This document shows positions 39,286-50,228 of a stretch of DNA of 64,000 bases, piece after piece (within the stretch, counting starts at the first letter, position 1; each line of letters begins with the position of its first letter). The notes under the pieces were generated by a model. That model was not told the DNA's origin and ran no database searches. It worked only from the letters and a program-made list of their open reading frames with translations. Position numbers and translations under genes: made by a program. Where the stretch lies: the NCBI GenBank assembly GCA_965116885.1, contig OZ220741.1:3776001-3840000 (forward strand). The letters are read 5' to 3'. The stretch comes from Candidatus Latescibacterota bacterium. Lineage in GTDB: Bacteria; Latescibacterota; UBA2968.

Positions 39286-40974
39286 TTATCCGTGTTCTAC
39301 CGTCACGTAATACGCACCGGCGAGGCGATTGCCATTCGCGTCTATCCACCAGGTTTGCAAAGTTACAGGACCGCTCGACAAATCCACAGTAAATGTTACG
39401 GATAGGTCATCTGAACGCACGTCCACTTCATGTTCAGAGCCGCCGACCTGCATCCACGCCTGATCTACGGGGAGTGCTTTTCCAGCCATCAATGTGCCGT
39501 CAACGCCTTCCATCACAGGAGCCGGTGCTGTAATTGCGAGATTCGATTCTCGGGGCCAGCGCCGCAAGGTGATGTCGTATTTTCCGGATTGTGCAACCGC
39601 GAGTTGCCAGATACCGCTATCCATCACACATCCGCGCACACCTCCTGGATTATCGCAATAAACACCCATCCAATCGCAACTGGACAATCGCGTGGAACTT
39701 TCCTCTTCTGTGCCAATGGAAATGGGGTAGTAAATATTGAGATTATCCCCAACTTCATCCCACCACGCATCGTAATGCGCCCGCATCTTTTGCAAGACAT
39801 CGGGGTGTTGGTCGGCGATGTTGTATTCTTGTGCGGGATCACCGTCGAGGTGATACAGTTCGGCATAATCCACGAGGCGCCATTGATTCCACAAAACTGC
39901 GGCATTGCCTTTGCGAGTGGTTCGGTTCCCCGTTGGGACATTGTGGCCGTATTGTACGACGAGCATCCGATCTTCCAATTCTTCCCGTTCGCGCAAGAGG
40001 CCGGTTAGAGAAAGGCCATCATAGGCAGTTCCGTCTGGTTCGTCGAGGTCGCAGAGGGAGATCAGGGTTGGCAACAAATCTGTACCGTGCGCGGGATCGG
40101 GGATATCGCGGGGGTCTCCCAATTGTCCTTTGGGCCAGCGAATAAAAAACGGAACGCGATGACCGCCTTCATAGAGCGTGGTCTTTTTTCCCCGCATACC
40201 GGCGTTGTACACCGTCTCACCGTTTGCCGTCCCATTATCGGTCATAAAAATCAAAATGGTATTGTCGCGCAGTCCGGTTTTGTGGAGAAAGGCGTCGAGT
40301 TTACCCATGTTTTCGTCGATATTGGCAATCATTCCGTAAAAGCTGGCGACATTGTATGCAACATGCTCCAGATAGGGCTGGCGGTATGCGTCGGGAACCC
40401 ACAGCGGGGTATGGGGTGCATTGGTGGCGATATACGCAAAAAACGGCGCGTCGTCCTGTTCTTCAATCCAGTTGATGGCTTCGTCAAACCACACATCTGT
40501 GCAATACCCTTCAAAAGCCTCAATTGTCCCATTGTGCCGATAGTGGTCGTCAAAATAATCATTCCCAAAATAATCCGCAGCGGATGTAATACCCCAGGCG
40601 GGGTGGTGAATTGTTTCATGAAATCCCCTGTCCTGTGGGCGGTAGGGATAATTGTCGCCGAGGTGCCATTTGCCAAAATGCCCCGTGCGGTAGCCATTCA
40701 TGCCGAAAATATCCGCCATGGTCGGCAGTTCGGGATTTATTAACGACCGTCCCATGCACACAAATGTGGCACCATTGCGGAGCGCGTCCTGGCCTGTCAG
40801 CAATTCGCCGCGCGTTGGCGTACACATGGGCGCGACATGGAAATCTGTGAACCGAATACTCTCGTCGTGTAACGCGTCTAAATTCGGCGTTTTTATGATC
40901 GGATTGCCATGGCAGGAGAGATCGCCATAGCCCTGGTCATCGGTGAGAACAAAAATCACATTGGGTTTGTCCAT
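39286..40974 (-). CDS. Arylsulfatase
   Basis: PNVIFVLTDDQGYGD, CTPTR, GKWHLG, TDNG and MRGKK..YEGGHRVP motifs. Confidence 0.93.
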   Translation of the reverse strand: MDKPNVIFVLTDDQGYGDLSCHGNPIIKTPNLDALHDESIRFTDFHVAPMCTPTRGELLTGQDALRNGATFVCMGRSLINPELPTMADIFGMNGYRTGHFGKWHLGDNYPYRPQDRGFHETIHHPAWGITSAADYFGNDYFDDHYRHNGTIEAFEGYCTDVWFDEAINWIEEQDDAPFFAYIATNAPHTPLWVPDAYRQPYLEHVAYNVASFYGMIANIDENMGKLDAFLHKTGLRDNTILIFMTDNGTANGETVYNAGMRGKKTTLYEGGHRVPFFIRWPKGQLGDPRDIPDPAHGTDLLPTLISLCDLDEPDGTAYDGLSLTGLLREREELEDRMLVVQYGHNVPTGNRTTRKGNAAVLWNQWRLVDYAELYHLDGDPAQEYNIADQHPDVLQKMRAHYDAWWDEVGDNLNIYYPISIGTEEESSTRLSSCDWMGVYCDNPGGVRGCVMDSGIWQLAVAQSGKYDITLRRWPRESNLAITAPAPVMEGVDGTLMAGKALPVDQAWMQVGGSEHEVDVRSDDLSVTFTVDLSSGPVTLQTWWIDANGNRLAGAYYVTVEHG

Positions 40975-40990
40975 ATCCTCTCCGGAAGTA

Positions 40991-42004
40991 TCATTTGTCT
41001 TGAAAAAACGCGCGGTTAATGGTGAAAGATTTGGCGACGAGATCTACCCGTCTCAAAATGGGCCCCTTTTTTTTATTGGGCGCGTAAAGCCCTATGTCGA
41101 TAAAAAATAGTCGGTTGAGATCGACATCGACAAAAGCATAGCTCTTAAAGGGCCCGCCTTTCCACTCGGCTTCGTTTTCCCAAAGGCCCTGAAGTACTAC
41201 GGCGAGTTTACCCGCAAATTCGACCTGACTAACGGTAACTTCGCCGAGGACGATGCGGTCGCCACCAAACCACTGTCCCATGATGTCATCGCGTTTTTGA
41301 ATAACCCAGTCTTCGGTGAGTTGATCGGGGTGTACATTGTCTTCCCAATAGACGGAGAGCCAGCGGTTGGGATTATCTCTGGCGAGTACGACAAAGTTGG
41401 GATAGGTTTCGAGGATGCGATAGCCAAAGGGCACGCGCACATTCCAACCATAGGTTTCGGCGAGTTCCTGGGTGACATCTTTGCGTTCGCCAAAGCTGTA
41501 AACATTTTCTCGCACACTGTGATCAACGGCATTTTCCAGGGTGCTATACAAGCGATCGGATTCCATAAAGAGGTTTTCAACGGTGGTTTCTATATCTTTT
41601 CCGGACACGATATAAAGGGTCTGATCTCTGGCCCACACGTTTTTTTTCCAGGTTACACCTGCGCGACCGTCCAAAATGGTTTGTTGTACTTCGGGGCTGA
41701 GTATCTCTTTGACGAATTGCGCAGTGGGATGATTGGCATTGAGGGGCGCGATAACCATGAGGCTTTTGCGCTGGTCGTGTTTGTGCGCGCTGAGATAATT
41801 GACATCGCCCCATTCAATTTCATAAACGCGTTCGGCCTGGGGCGTATAGATAACGGTTTCAAAAATTTCGCGGAGGGGATCTTCCAGCGTTTGCCAATCG
41901 GTGGAGTCGGCGAGTACAATGATTTTGCGGGCGGGTCCGAGGGATTCGGGCAAGTGGTCACCACATCCGATGCACAAGAGTAAGAAAAATAGAGGAAGGC
42001 GCAT
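40991..42004 (-). CDS. DUF4837-like lipoprotein
   Basis: Lipobox CIGC; TPQ.E..Y, VWARDQ, GLWE...GGPF.SY and YAP..KK motifs. Confidence 0.72.
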   Translation of the reverse strand: MRLPLFFLLLCIGCGDHLPESLGPARKIIVLADSTDWQTLEDPLREIFETVIYTPQAERVYEIEWGDVNYLSAHKHDQRKSLMVIAPLNANHPTAQFVKEILSPEVQQTILDGRAGVTWKKNVWARDQTLYIVSGKDIETTVENLFMESDRLYSTLENAVDHSVRENVYSFGERKDVTQELAETYGWNVRVPFGYRILETYPNFVVLARDNPNRWLSVYWEDNVHPDQLTEDWVIQKRDDIMGQWFGGDRIVLGEVTVSQVEFAGKLAVVLQGLWENEAEWKGGPFKSYAFVDVDLNRLFFIDIGLYAPNKKKGPILRRVDLVAKSFTINRAFFQDK

Positions 42005-42081
42005 AAAACGGTACCCAGTAGAAAGGGGAATAAGAAAAGATAAAGATAATAGGATTTGGTGACAGAAACAATGTTCAAATT

Positions 42082-43197
42082 TTACGAAATATAGTGCCGG
42101 GGAAGACGCGCGCCGAGCAGGGAAACAACTTCGTGTGAGATATAATTTCCCCATTGGGCGAGGTCGTTCACGGTGATTTTTTGGTCGCCCTGTTGCCCGA
42201 GCAGTACGATTTCCTCACCGACGGCAACAGGCGGTATATCGGTGACATCGATCATGATGACGTCCATGCAGATCGCGCCGACAACCGGGCAGGATTTACC
42301 GCCGATGAGGACGTGGGATTTATTGGACATCTGGCGGTTGTACCCATCGGCATATCCCAGGGGCGCAAGGGCGATGCGCGAGGGGCGCGTGAGTGTGTAT
42401 GTGCCTCCGTAACTGAGGGTTTGGCCGGTAGAAAAATTTCGCACTTGTGCGATCCGAGCTTTGATAGATAGCGCGGGAGAAAGCGAGAGCGGGCCTGCAC
42501 CTTGCGTGGAGGGTATGCCATAGGTGAGCAATCCCACGCGCACGAGGTCAAAATGCGATTCGGGCATGTGAACGGTCATGACGCTGTTGGCGGCGTGACG
42601 CCAGGGAACAGAAATGTCTGTGAGTTTGGACAGGCATGCGGCAAATGTTTTTATTTGATGGCGGGCCTTGTCCATGTCTTCTGTGCGTTCCCAGGCCACA
42701 TGTGTTGCGATGCCTTCGAGGAATAAGTGGGGATTCTGGGCGATTTTTTTGGCAAAGGCGGGGACTTCATCGGATAATAGGCCAAGGCGCCCCATGCCGG
42801 TATCGACTTTGAGATGTATGCGGGCGCGTGTATTGTGGCGTTTGGCTGCGGCTTCCAGCGGTGGTATCGCGGCGGGGTGGCCGATGGTTTGAGACAGGTT
42901 GTGGGCAACGATGCTGTCGGCCTGTTCGGGCATTGTGGGGATGAGTACGACAACTGGCGCTGTGATGCCCGCATTGCGAAGGGCAATGCCTTCTTGTAGC
43001 AGTGCAACGCCGAGAGCAGCCGCGCCGCCTTTTATGGCTGCTTTAGCAGCGGGTATGAGGCCATGGCCATAGGCATTGGCTTTGACAATGGCCATGACCT
43101 GCGTTGTTGGCGAAACAAAATGACGGACGGCAGAAATATTGTTCGCAATGGCTGATAGATCGATTTCGAGCCATGCGGGTCGGTCGGGTTGGGGCAT
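42082..43197 (-). CDS. alr: Alanine racemase
   Basis: VKANAYGHG, HLKVDTGMGRLG, HAANS, VRVG, GYADG and CMD motifs. Confidence 0.95.
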   Translation of the reverse strand: MPQPDRPAWLEIDLSAIANNISAVRHFVSPTTQVMAIVKANAYGHGLIPAAKAAIKGGAAALGVALLQEGIALRNAGITAPVVVLIPTMPEQADSIVAHNLSQTIGHPAAIPPLEAAAKRHNTRARIHLKVDTGMGRLGLLSDEVPAFAKKIAQNPHLFLEGIATHVAWERTEDMDKARHQIKTFAACLSKLTDISVPWRHAANSVMTVHMPESHFDLVRVGLLTYGIPSTQGAGPLSLSPALSIKARIAQVRNFSTGQTLSYGGTYTLTRPSRIALAPLGYADGYNRQMSNKSHVLIGGKSCPVVGAICMDVIMIDVTDIPPVAVGEEIVLLGQQGDQKITVNDLAQWGNYISHEVVSLLGARLPRHYIS

Positions 43198-46100
43198 TTA
43201 GTAGAGTACCTCAAAGCGCGATCCCAGATCGGGATATTTTGTGACTTCGATGCGTACGGGAAATGCCTGTTTGAGCGATTCGACGTGAGTGATGATTAAA
43301 ATTTTTTCAAAATCCCCGCTGATGGCTTGAATAGCTTCTACGAGGTGGTCGAGTCCTTCGGCGTCCTGGGTGCCAAAGCCCTCGTCGATGACCAGGGTCC
43401 GCAGGCGCGTGCCCGTGCGGCGGGCGAGGAGTTTGGACAGGGCAATGCGGATAGAAAAGTCAATGCGAAAAGCTTCTCCACCCGAATAGAGTTCGTAGCT
43501 GCGTTCGCCGAGTTCGTCGCTAATTTTGATGTCGAGGGTTTCGCGCGTTCCTCCGGTTTTGAGGTCGCGAAGAGATTCCAGGGCGATTTGGGTGCGATTA
43601 TCTGTCAGGCGCGCGAGAATGCGATTGGCTTCTTCTTCGATTTCTGGAATGGCCTGTTCGATTATGAGCGCCTGAATACCGTCTTTGCCAAATGCGGTGG
43701 TCAGTTCGCGATAGATGCGGATCTCGCTCTCGCAGGATTTGATTTTCTCCTCGACAGTGTTTTGTTCTGCGCTGAGTGCATCGCAATGTTCAATTTGGGA
43801 TTGCAGAGCGGCATTTTGTTGGAGCAGGCCGTCGCGTTGGGCGCGCATCTGTGCAATATTTTTTTCCAGCGCATTGGCTTCTTCGAGGGTTGATTCAGCG
43901 CTGTTGATGGCTGCCGCGATTTCTGACAGGCGTTTTTGCGTTTGTTCGTTGTGCTCTGTGAGTTCTATCAGGCGATTTTCTGCAGTTTTGAGTTGCGTTT
44001 GCGCATTTTCGAGGTCGCGTTCGGCCACTTGAAGGCGTTCGTATTGCGCTGGCGCATCTCGCAGGGCGGCGAGTTGCTCGGAGATGCGCTGGTGGTGTTC
44101 GGCATTGTAATTCAGGGTGTGGATGCGACCGCGCACCTGCTCGCGTTCTGCTTGTTCGTTGAGCGCGTATTTGGCTTCGTCCAGCCATTGTTGTGCGAGG
44201 TCGCGTTTTTTGCGAAATGAGGGCAATTCCGCGAGGATTTTTTCTTTCCGTTCTTCGGCGAGTTGGAGTTGGGCATTTTGTGCCTCAACAGAGTCGAGTT
44301 CTTTGAGTTTCTCGCGCAGGGTGCGGTGTTCGGCCGGGTTATAGGTCAGGTTTTCAAGCGCATTGCGGGCCTGGGATAGGGCGCGCGCGTCCGGGCTGTT
44401 CTGGGTTTGTTCTCGCAATTGGGTTTTCAGGGCGCTGATTTCAGCCGACAATGTCTCGCGGGTTTGTACGGAATTTTCGGCTTCTTTTATTGCGGCTTCG
44501 GCTTCGGCGAGGTGTTGGGCGATGCCTTCGTGCTGTGCGAGTTGGTTTTTAATCTCTTGATAGCGATGTCTGTGTTGTTCGCGTTCTGCTTCGGCTTTTT
44601 GAATATCCGATTCCAACTGTGTGATCTGCGTCTGTTGTTCTCGCGACTGATTTGAGAGTTTTGCTGTTACTTCTTCGCGATGAGTCTGATCGAGTTCGCT
44701 ACCACACAGAGGACACGAAGCATCCCGAACACTTTGCAAAATTTGCTGCTGTTGGGCGATGTCTTTGTGGTTTTGGCGCAGGGTGTCGAGGCGGTCTCTG
44801 TTGTTTTCGATCTGAATTTTGAGGGCACTGCCTTTGTTGCGAATCTCATCGCGTTCGGTTTCGAGAGAGTGGATTTCCTCTGCTTGTGCACGGAGAGATT
44901 GCCGCGTTTTTCTGCGTCCTTCAATCTCGGCCACCAGCACATCGGTCTGATGCAGTTGATGTGTGCGGGTGTTAATATCTACTTTTAGATTTTCAACGAC
45001 GCTGTCTATTTGTCGCTCCAGATCTCGAATATTGCGCTCAACGCGCTCTCGATTTTCGCGTATGTCTTCCCATTCGCGGTCCTGTTGCCTGGCTTTGTGC
45101 AATGCTTCGATCTTTGTTTGAATGGTTTGACGGTCAGAGAGAAGCGTTTCTGTCTCCCGCAATGCGCGTTCGGCGTCTCCAATGCGTATTTGCCATTCGC
45201 CGAGGCGGCGTTCCACTTCGTGGCGACGATCGGCGATTTTTTGATCGAGTTCTCCTGCGCGTTTTTCAAGTGGTCTCAGGGCGTGTAATTTTGTCTGCAG
45301 GTCTGTGTCTTCTTTTTGGCGTGTCCTATATTTTTCAGCGGCATTTGTGATTTCGTCGCGTCTGTCGAGAATTTCGCGATAGGTCGCCACATCTTGCCTT
45401 GCTTTTTCACAGGCGGTTTGCTGTTCCACCAGACCCGATTCGGTGCGCGATACGTCCTTTTTAAGGGTCTCGCGTTCGGCTTCATGGCGTTCGCGTTGGG
45501 TGCGTATTTTTCGCAGTGCTTCGCGGCGATTTTCCGCGTTTTCCAATTCGCTATTGCAGGCCTGGAGTTGTGCGTTGACGCTATCGCGTTGCGCTACAAA
45601 TTCATCGCGTTTTTCTATGGTTTGCGCAATGTCATCTCTTTTTGCGCGAGCAGTTGCAAGTTCTATATCTCCTTTGCGCGCGTGCTCTCGCGCAAGGGTA
45701 GACAGGTCGTCGTAATGCGATAGGCCAAGAATGTCTGAGAGAAGGGCTTTTCGCTGGCTCGCTTTGCAGCGCGTGAATTCATCTGCGCGTCCCTGAAGCA
45801 AAAAGGCCGAGTTGATAAAGGTGTCATAAGTCATTCTCAACAGGGTGTCAATACTGGCCTGTGTCTGGCGTATGGCACTTTCTTCCGAGAGGGTTTTGTA
45901 TGCGTTCGTTTCCGGAGCGTAAATCTGAAATTCCAGGCGGGTGGTCGCGCTTTTGCCTGTTTTGCGAAAGCTGCGGCTGATGCGATAGCGGTCATTTTCG
46001 AGGAAAAATTCAAAATCGACCCGCATTTCAGTGGTGCCAATTCGCAACAGACCGTCGTTGGGACGACGGTCACTGCCGGATTTGCGGGCTTCTCCCCACA

Positions 46101-46248
46101 GTGCCCAGGTGATGGCGTCGAGCAGGGCAGATTTGCCGTGTCCATTGCGGCCAGATATGCAGGCGACGTGAAAGCTCGAAAAGTCGAGGGGGGGCACGTT
46201 TTCGCCGTAGCTGAGAAAATTCTGCAGGGAAAGGCTTATGGGAATCAT
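43198..46248 (-). CDS. sbcC: SbcC/Rad50-like SMC ATPase
   Basis: Walker A GRNGHGKS, coiled coils with a CPLC zinc hook, YSGGE, IDEGFG and ITH motifs. Confidence 0.93.
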   Translation of the reverse strand: MIPISLSLQNFLSYGENVPPLDFSSFHVACISGRNGHGKSALLDAITWALWGEARKSGSDRRPNDGLLRIGTTEMRVDFEFFLENDRYRISRSFRKTGKSATTRLEFQIYAPETNAYKTLSEESAIRQTQASIDTLLRMTYDTFINSAFLLQGRADEFTRCKASQRKALLSDILGLSHYDDLSTLAREHARKGDIELATARAKRDDIAQTIEKRDEFVAQRDSVNAQLQACNSELENAENRREALRKIRTQRERHEAERETLKKDVSRTESGLVEQQTACEKARQDVATYREILDRRDEITNAAEKYRTRQKEDTDLQTKLHALRPLEKRAGELDQKIADRRHEVERRLGEWQIRIGDAERALRETETLLSDRQTIQTKIEALHKARQQDREWEDIRENRERVERNIRDLERQIDSVVENLKVDINTRTHQLHQTDVLVAEIEGRRKTRQSLRAQAEEIHSLETERDEIRNKGSALKIQIENNRDRLDTLRQNHKDIAQQQQILQSVRDASCPLCGSELDQTHREEVTAKLSNQSREQQTQITQLESDIQKAEAEREQHRHRYQEIKNQLAQHEGIAQHLAEAEAAIKEAENSVQTRETLSAEISALKTQLREQTQNSPDARALSQARNALENLTYNPAEHRTLREKLKELDSVEAQNAQLQLAEERKEKILAELPSFRKKRDLAQQWLDEAKYALNEQAEREQVRGRIHTLNYNAEHHQRISEQLAALRDAPAQYERLQVAERDLENAQTQLKTAENRLIELTEHNEQTQKRLSEIAAAINSAESTLEEANALEKNIAQMRAQRDGLLQQNAALQSQIEHCDALSAEQNTVEEKIKSCESEIRIYRELTTAFGKDGIQALIIEQAIPEIEEEANRILARLTDNRTQIALESLRDLKTGGTRETLDIKISDELGERSYELYSGGEAFRIDFSIRIALSKLLARRTGTRLRTLVIDEGFGTQDAEGLDHLVEAIQAISGDFEKILIITHVESLKQAFPVRIEVTKYPDLGSRFEVLY

Positions 46249-47486
46249 TCGCCACCTCTGAGTTCGGCTTCGAGTTGCGCGCCGTAATTCTGAAGGTCTT
46301 TTTCGATATCTTTGAGGTCGGGGTGATTTTGTAAGTATGCGTGGAGCGCGTCTTTTATGCCCATATCTTCTGAAATGCTGGCTCTGCGCTGCTGTTTTTG
46401 GACTCTGGGACTGGGCGCAATGCTGGCGATCATGAATGCGTCTTTGAGCGCGTTTTTGATGGCTTTGAGGTCAACGGTGTCTGTGCGATCGCCGGGCAAA
46501 TCGTAGATGACGCGCACAATGGCATGGGTCAGGGTGTGTTTGTCGATGGCTTCGAGTATGGCTGTTGTGGGATCCTGATCTGGGTCGATGTCAACCGATA
46601 CCGTGCAAAAGGGACGGGCTGGCGTGCTTACAAATTTGTAAGATGTCGTCCTCCCAGTCTCCCTATTCTCTATGGTGACCATGACGGCGCCTTTGGTTTC
46701 TCGCTCTTCGCCAAAATCAATGCGCTCAATGCTGCCGGAATATACGACCGGAGGCTGGGCATTGGGGTTGAGGTCCTGAAATTTGTGAATGTGGCCCAGA
46801 GCGACGTAGTCAAAGGCGGGATTGGCGAGTGTGCTGGTGAGAAAAACGGGGTCGCGCCCAATAATTGCGGTTTGTTCAGAGCCGGACAAGGTGGCGTCGG
46901 CAGCGGCGAGATGTCCCACGAGAACGGCGGGAATAGCGGGATCAACTCGTGAGGCCAGACGATCAATCAGGAGGGCTCCCAGGTCTTGAAGTTTTTCGAC
47001 GACTTCTTCTTGCGATAAGTTGTGATAGGGCCCCTGGGTCAACAGGCGACTGCGGTGCAGCCAGGGCAAGCAGGCAACTTGAATGGGACCAGATTTTGTG
47101 TCAATGGGGATGAGGCGGTCTTCAGTGGCAATGTGGACGCCTTTTGTGCCCAGTGTGCCAAAGATGTCAACAGATGAGGCTTTGCCATAAGATACGGGGC
47201 TGTCGTGGTTACCCGTGATCATGACAATGGGAATGTCGCGGGCACTGAGCATGTGAATGAGGGATGCAAATTCGCGCTGGTGCGTGGGGGTGGGGTCGCA
47301 TGAGCGATAGGCATCGCCGGCGAAGATGACGAGGTCGGCCTCTTCTTTTATCGCTTCTTCAAACGCAAATCGCAGACTTTTGATAAAGTCTTGCAAGCGC
47401 GTGTGAAGGCCAGTAGCCGAATCGAGGCGACCGTAGTTTTCAACGCCAATATGGGTGTCGGCAACGTGTAGAAATTTGATGGACAT
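46245..47486 (-). CDS. sbcD: SbcD/Mre11-like nuclease
   Basis: ADTHIG, AGD, GNHD, YVALGHIH and YSGS..RIDFGE motifs; ATGA overlap with sbcC. Confidence 0.94.
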   Translation of the reverse strand: MSIKFLHVADTHIGVENYGRLDSATGLHTRLQDFIKSLRFAFEEAIKEEADLVIFAGDAYRSCDPTPTHQREFASLIHMLSARDIPIVMITGNHDSPVSYGKASSVDIFGTLGTKGVHIATEDRLIPIDTKSGPIQVACLPWLHRSRLLTQGPYHNLSQEEVVEKLQDLGALLIDRLASRVDPAIPAVLVGHLAAADATLSGSEQTAIIGRDPVFLTSTLANPAFDYVALGHIHKFQDLNPNAQPPVVYSGSIERIDFGEERETKGAVMVTIENRETGRTTSYKFVSTPARPFCTVSVDIDPDQDPTTAILEAIDKHTLTHAIVRVIYDLPGDRTDTVDLKAIKNALKDAFMIASIAPSPRVQKQQRRASISEDMGIKDALHAYLQNHPDLKDIEKDLQNYGAQLEAELRGGE

Positions 47487-47569
47487 AGTGTTATTATGGG
47501 GGGGAGAGGATAGGGAAATTTAAAGAAGAAATAAGATGATGCAAAGTGCAAAGTTTGCACAGCACAGGC

Positions 47570-49387
47570 TTATGGGCTTACTTCTGGCGTGAGCTTTACT
47601 TTGATCTGAAGAGTTGTGACATCTGCGAAGTGAATCGCCAGTTTTCTGCGTCCCGTGTTATCGGCTTGTTTGGGATTGGGGGAGGTGGGCAAAGGGGTTG
47701 CGTCGAGGACTGTAAATATCGCGTCAGATGGCGATAAAATTTCCGCTTTGAGATGTTTGCCCCTGCGCGTTAGAAGGGCGGTTTGACCGTCGAGTTTGAT
47801 ACTGGCTCTCGTGTGCATAAACCACCAGAGTTCAGACGGAGATTTGGCCTCAATGTCGTCGGTGATTACGACATGATTTTGGTCTATTATCTCAAAGGTG
47901 CGCTGCGCGTGGGTCACATCATCGGCATAAACATCGGTGAGATCGAGAGTAGCTGTTGCGCGATTGGCCTCGGATTTGAAGGTGGTGATGGGGCATTCGG
48001 CTTTGGGGTTCTGATCCGGACCATTGACGGGGTTGAAGACGAGGGTGTTGTGGCCCTCGGCGCGGATGCGATAGAATTCCCACCGTTGGCGTTTGTTGCG
48101 GTGTCTTTGGTAGGTTTCGCGTTCCGTGCCCGAGTCGATAGCCCAGCGCTCGCCGAGTGCTTCGAGGATGAATGTCCCTTGATCGAGGTGTCGGTGCATG
48201 CCCAGATTGTAATTACCGCCGGCCTGAATACCCAGCACGAGGGCATTGGGGTCGGTCCAGGAAGAACGCAGGGTGGCGACATCGGCTTTGCGAAAGTGTT
48301 TGTCGAGGGGCAGGGAACTGGGATCAAAGTCTTTTGCGCTGTCGTCGAACCACAGCAAGTCGAGCACTGTTCCCCTGGGGTGTTGTCTGAGCGTATCGTA
48401 GCGAAACCAACTGTAGTGTTTTATGCCGTAGTGATTGCCCATCCAGAAATGCATGGGAGAACTCATACGCCGCAACCCGCAATCGGCAAAGTCAAAACTG
48501 TAGCGATCTGCCCCCGAAATATAAATCTGATAATCCCCGCTTTCTTTAAATCCGGGGGTAGCTGAGAGGTCAAAATCCGTGCCGAGTGCGCTAAACAGAC
48601 TGGACAAGAAGAGGACGTTGTAACGCGCACCATAATCCCAATAGGTCACGCCTTCAATACCCGCGCCATCGGGTGCGTAAAAATTCATCGATAGGGGAAT
48701 ACCTTTGATGCCCGCGTGGAGAATTTCATTGGCGAGTTCTGGTTCTTCATCAGCTATGGCGAGTGCGCCCATGCCAAGCCCACCGTTGCAGACCTGGTTC
48801 CAGTTGTTGTGACTGCGCGCCCACCAGGCGTTTTCACGATAGCCTTTTAAGCCGGGTTTGAGACCTTTTTCTACGATGGCGTTGCGAAGGATATGACGCT
48901 GGTCTTCTGTCCAATGGTCGTATAACCAGTCGTATCCAACGGCAAAGGCATAGGTCATTTCTGCGGTGTCGAGAAAGTGATCGGGATTCCAGTCTTTGAA
49001 TTGCGCTGCGGCTTCGAGTTCGGCCCAGGCGCGATATAGATAGGATTTTCCGCCTTCTATGAGATAGAGAAAGGCGAGTTGGCGCACGCGCTCTTTGACG
49101 CGACGGCTGGTGGAGAGCAACCGCCTTCCGTCAGGGATGCTGTATTCCGATGGTTTTTGCGTGAGTATTTCCCGAGTGTCTCGCTTGACCCGGCGGTAGA
49201 TTTTTGCGGCGACCGTATCACGAGCGATTTGCTCTTTGATACGCGCGATGGTATTTGCATCTATCATCAGACGCGGGTGGTCAGGTTTCAGAGTCGCTAT
49301 AACCCGATCCCTATCCGGGGGCGTGAATCCTTCTGTGTGTGTTTGGATATTCAGCATGAGGATAATTATTGCAGCGATTGATTTCAT
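47570..49387 (-). CDS. Heparinase II/III-like secreted protein
   Basis: HPRL, WNP.HFLDTAE, NNWNQVC, EG..YW.YG, H.HLD.G.F and GHNTL motifs. Confidence 0.82.
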   Translation of the reverse strand: MKSIAAIIILMLNIQTHTEGFTPPDRDRVIATLKPDHPRLMIDANTIARIKEQIARDTVAAKIYRRVKRDTREILTQKPSEYSIPDGRRLLSTSRRVKERVRQLAFLYLIEGGKSYLYRAWAELEAAAQFKDWNPDHFLDTAEMTYAFAVGYDWLYDHWTEDQRHILRNAIVEKGLKPGLKGYRENAWWARSHNNWNQVCNGGLGMGALAIADEEPELANEILHAGIKGIPLSMNFYAPDGAGIEGVTYWDYGARYNVLFLSSLFSALGTDFDLSATPGFKESGDYQIYISGADRYSFDFADCGLRRMSSPMHFWMGNHYGIKHYSWFRYDTLRQHPRGTVLDLLWFDDSAKDFDPSSLPLDKHFRKADVATLRSSWTDPNALVLGIQAGGNYNLGMHRHLDQGTFILEALGERWAIDSGTERETYQRHRNKRQRWEFYRIRAEGHNTLVFNPVNGPDQNPKAECPITTFKSEANRATATLDLTDVYADDVTHAQRTFEIIDQNHVVITDDIEAKSPSELWWFMHTRASIKLDGQTALLTRRGKHLKAEILSPSDAIFTVLDATPLPTSPNPKQADNTGRRKLAIHFADVTTLQIKVKLTPEVSP

Positions 49388-49405
49388 AATGTGTTTTTTA
49401 ACGAT

Positions 49406-49440
49406 AACGAGTTCGCCCAGCCTTACCGAGCGAACTCGTT
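49406..49440. terminator. Stem-loop downstream of the LRR gene (terminator or stabiliser)
   Basis: AACGAGTTCGC-N13-GCGAACTCGTT with perfect 11-bp arms; weak U tract. Confidence 0.5.
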
Positions 49441-49469
49441 TGGTTATGACCTGAGATTTTTACAGGCAT

Positions 49470-50228
49470 TTAGCTGTCGGTATTTACCTTAACGCCTTTT
49501 TTTGTTAAGGCGGGAACATGCGTCTTCATCGACGCCTCGTTCAGAGCATTGCGCCTGATATTCAGTGTTGCCAGATTGGCCAGGCCGGCGGCCGGTGCGA
49601 TATCGGCGACTTTGTTGTTGGCGATGTTCAGGGTTTTCAACTCAGCCATTCCCGATACTGCCGAAATATCCGAGACTTTGTTGCCGGAAAGATTCAGTGT
49701 TCTCAGTTTGGCCAAGCCCGACAATGCCGAAATATCAGAAACGTTGCGATTCGCAGTGAGATGCAACGTTCTCAGGTTGGTTAATTTAGCAAGTGCTGAG
49801 ATGTCAGACACATTATTGCGGGTCAGATTCAGCGTTCTCAGTTTTTTTAAACCAGCAAGTGCTGCAATATCTGAGACAGCGTTGCTGTTGACGACCTTAT
49901 TTTCCACGCGCGTAGCACCGAGGTTCAGTACTGTCAAATTTTTTGCATGCTCGAGTCCGCTCAAATCACTGATGTTTGCATTTTGCGCGAAAAGGCGTCG
50001 CAATTTTGCCATGTCAGCGGTGGTGATCACCGCATCGCTCGCCATGTTCAGGGAATCCGCAATGACCGCACGCAGATTGGCATCGGCGATCATGACTGGT
50101 TTTGGCTCCATTTTTTTAGCGGCGCTTTCGCTTTTTTGCTCGCTCTTCAGGTGATGGCCTGCATCACTCGCGCTATAGCTGCATGCAATGAAGAGTGCGA
50201 GGATCAGGGGGAGATGTCGATACTTCAT
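49470..50228 (-). CDS. Internalin-like leucine-rich-repeat lipoprotein
   Basis: Lipobox FIAC; DANLRAVI cap; ~22-aa LRTLNLxxNxVSDISAL repeats; GGAGG SD. Confidence 0.88.
   Translation of the reverse strand: MKYRHLPLILALFIACSYSASDAGHHLKSEQKSESAAKKMEPKPVMIADANLRAVIADSLNMASDAVITTADMAKLRRLFAQNANISDLSGLEHAKNLTVLNLGATRVENKVVNSNAVSDIAALAGLKKLRTLNLTRNNVSDISALAKLTNLRTLHLTANRNVSDISALSGLAKLRTLNLSGNKVSDISAVSGMAELKTLNIANNKVADIAPAAGLANLATLNIRRNALNEASMKTHVPALTKKGVKVNTDS

Noticed and set aside
47487..47520. Leaderless promoter for sbcD (CATAAT 6 nt before ATG)
   Set aside because: No credible -35 or extended -10 element, so too weak to list.
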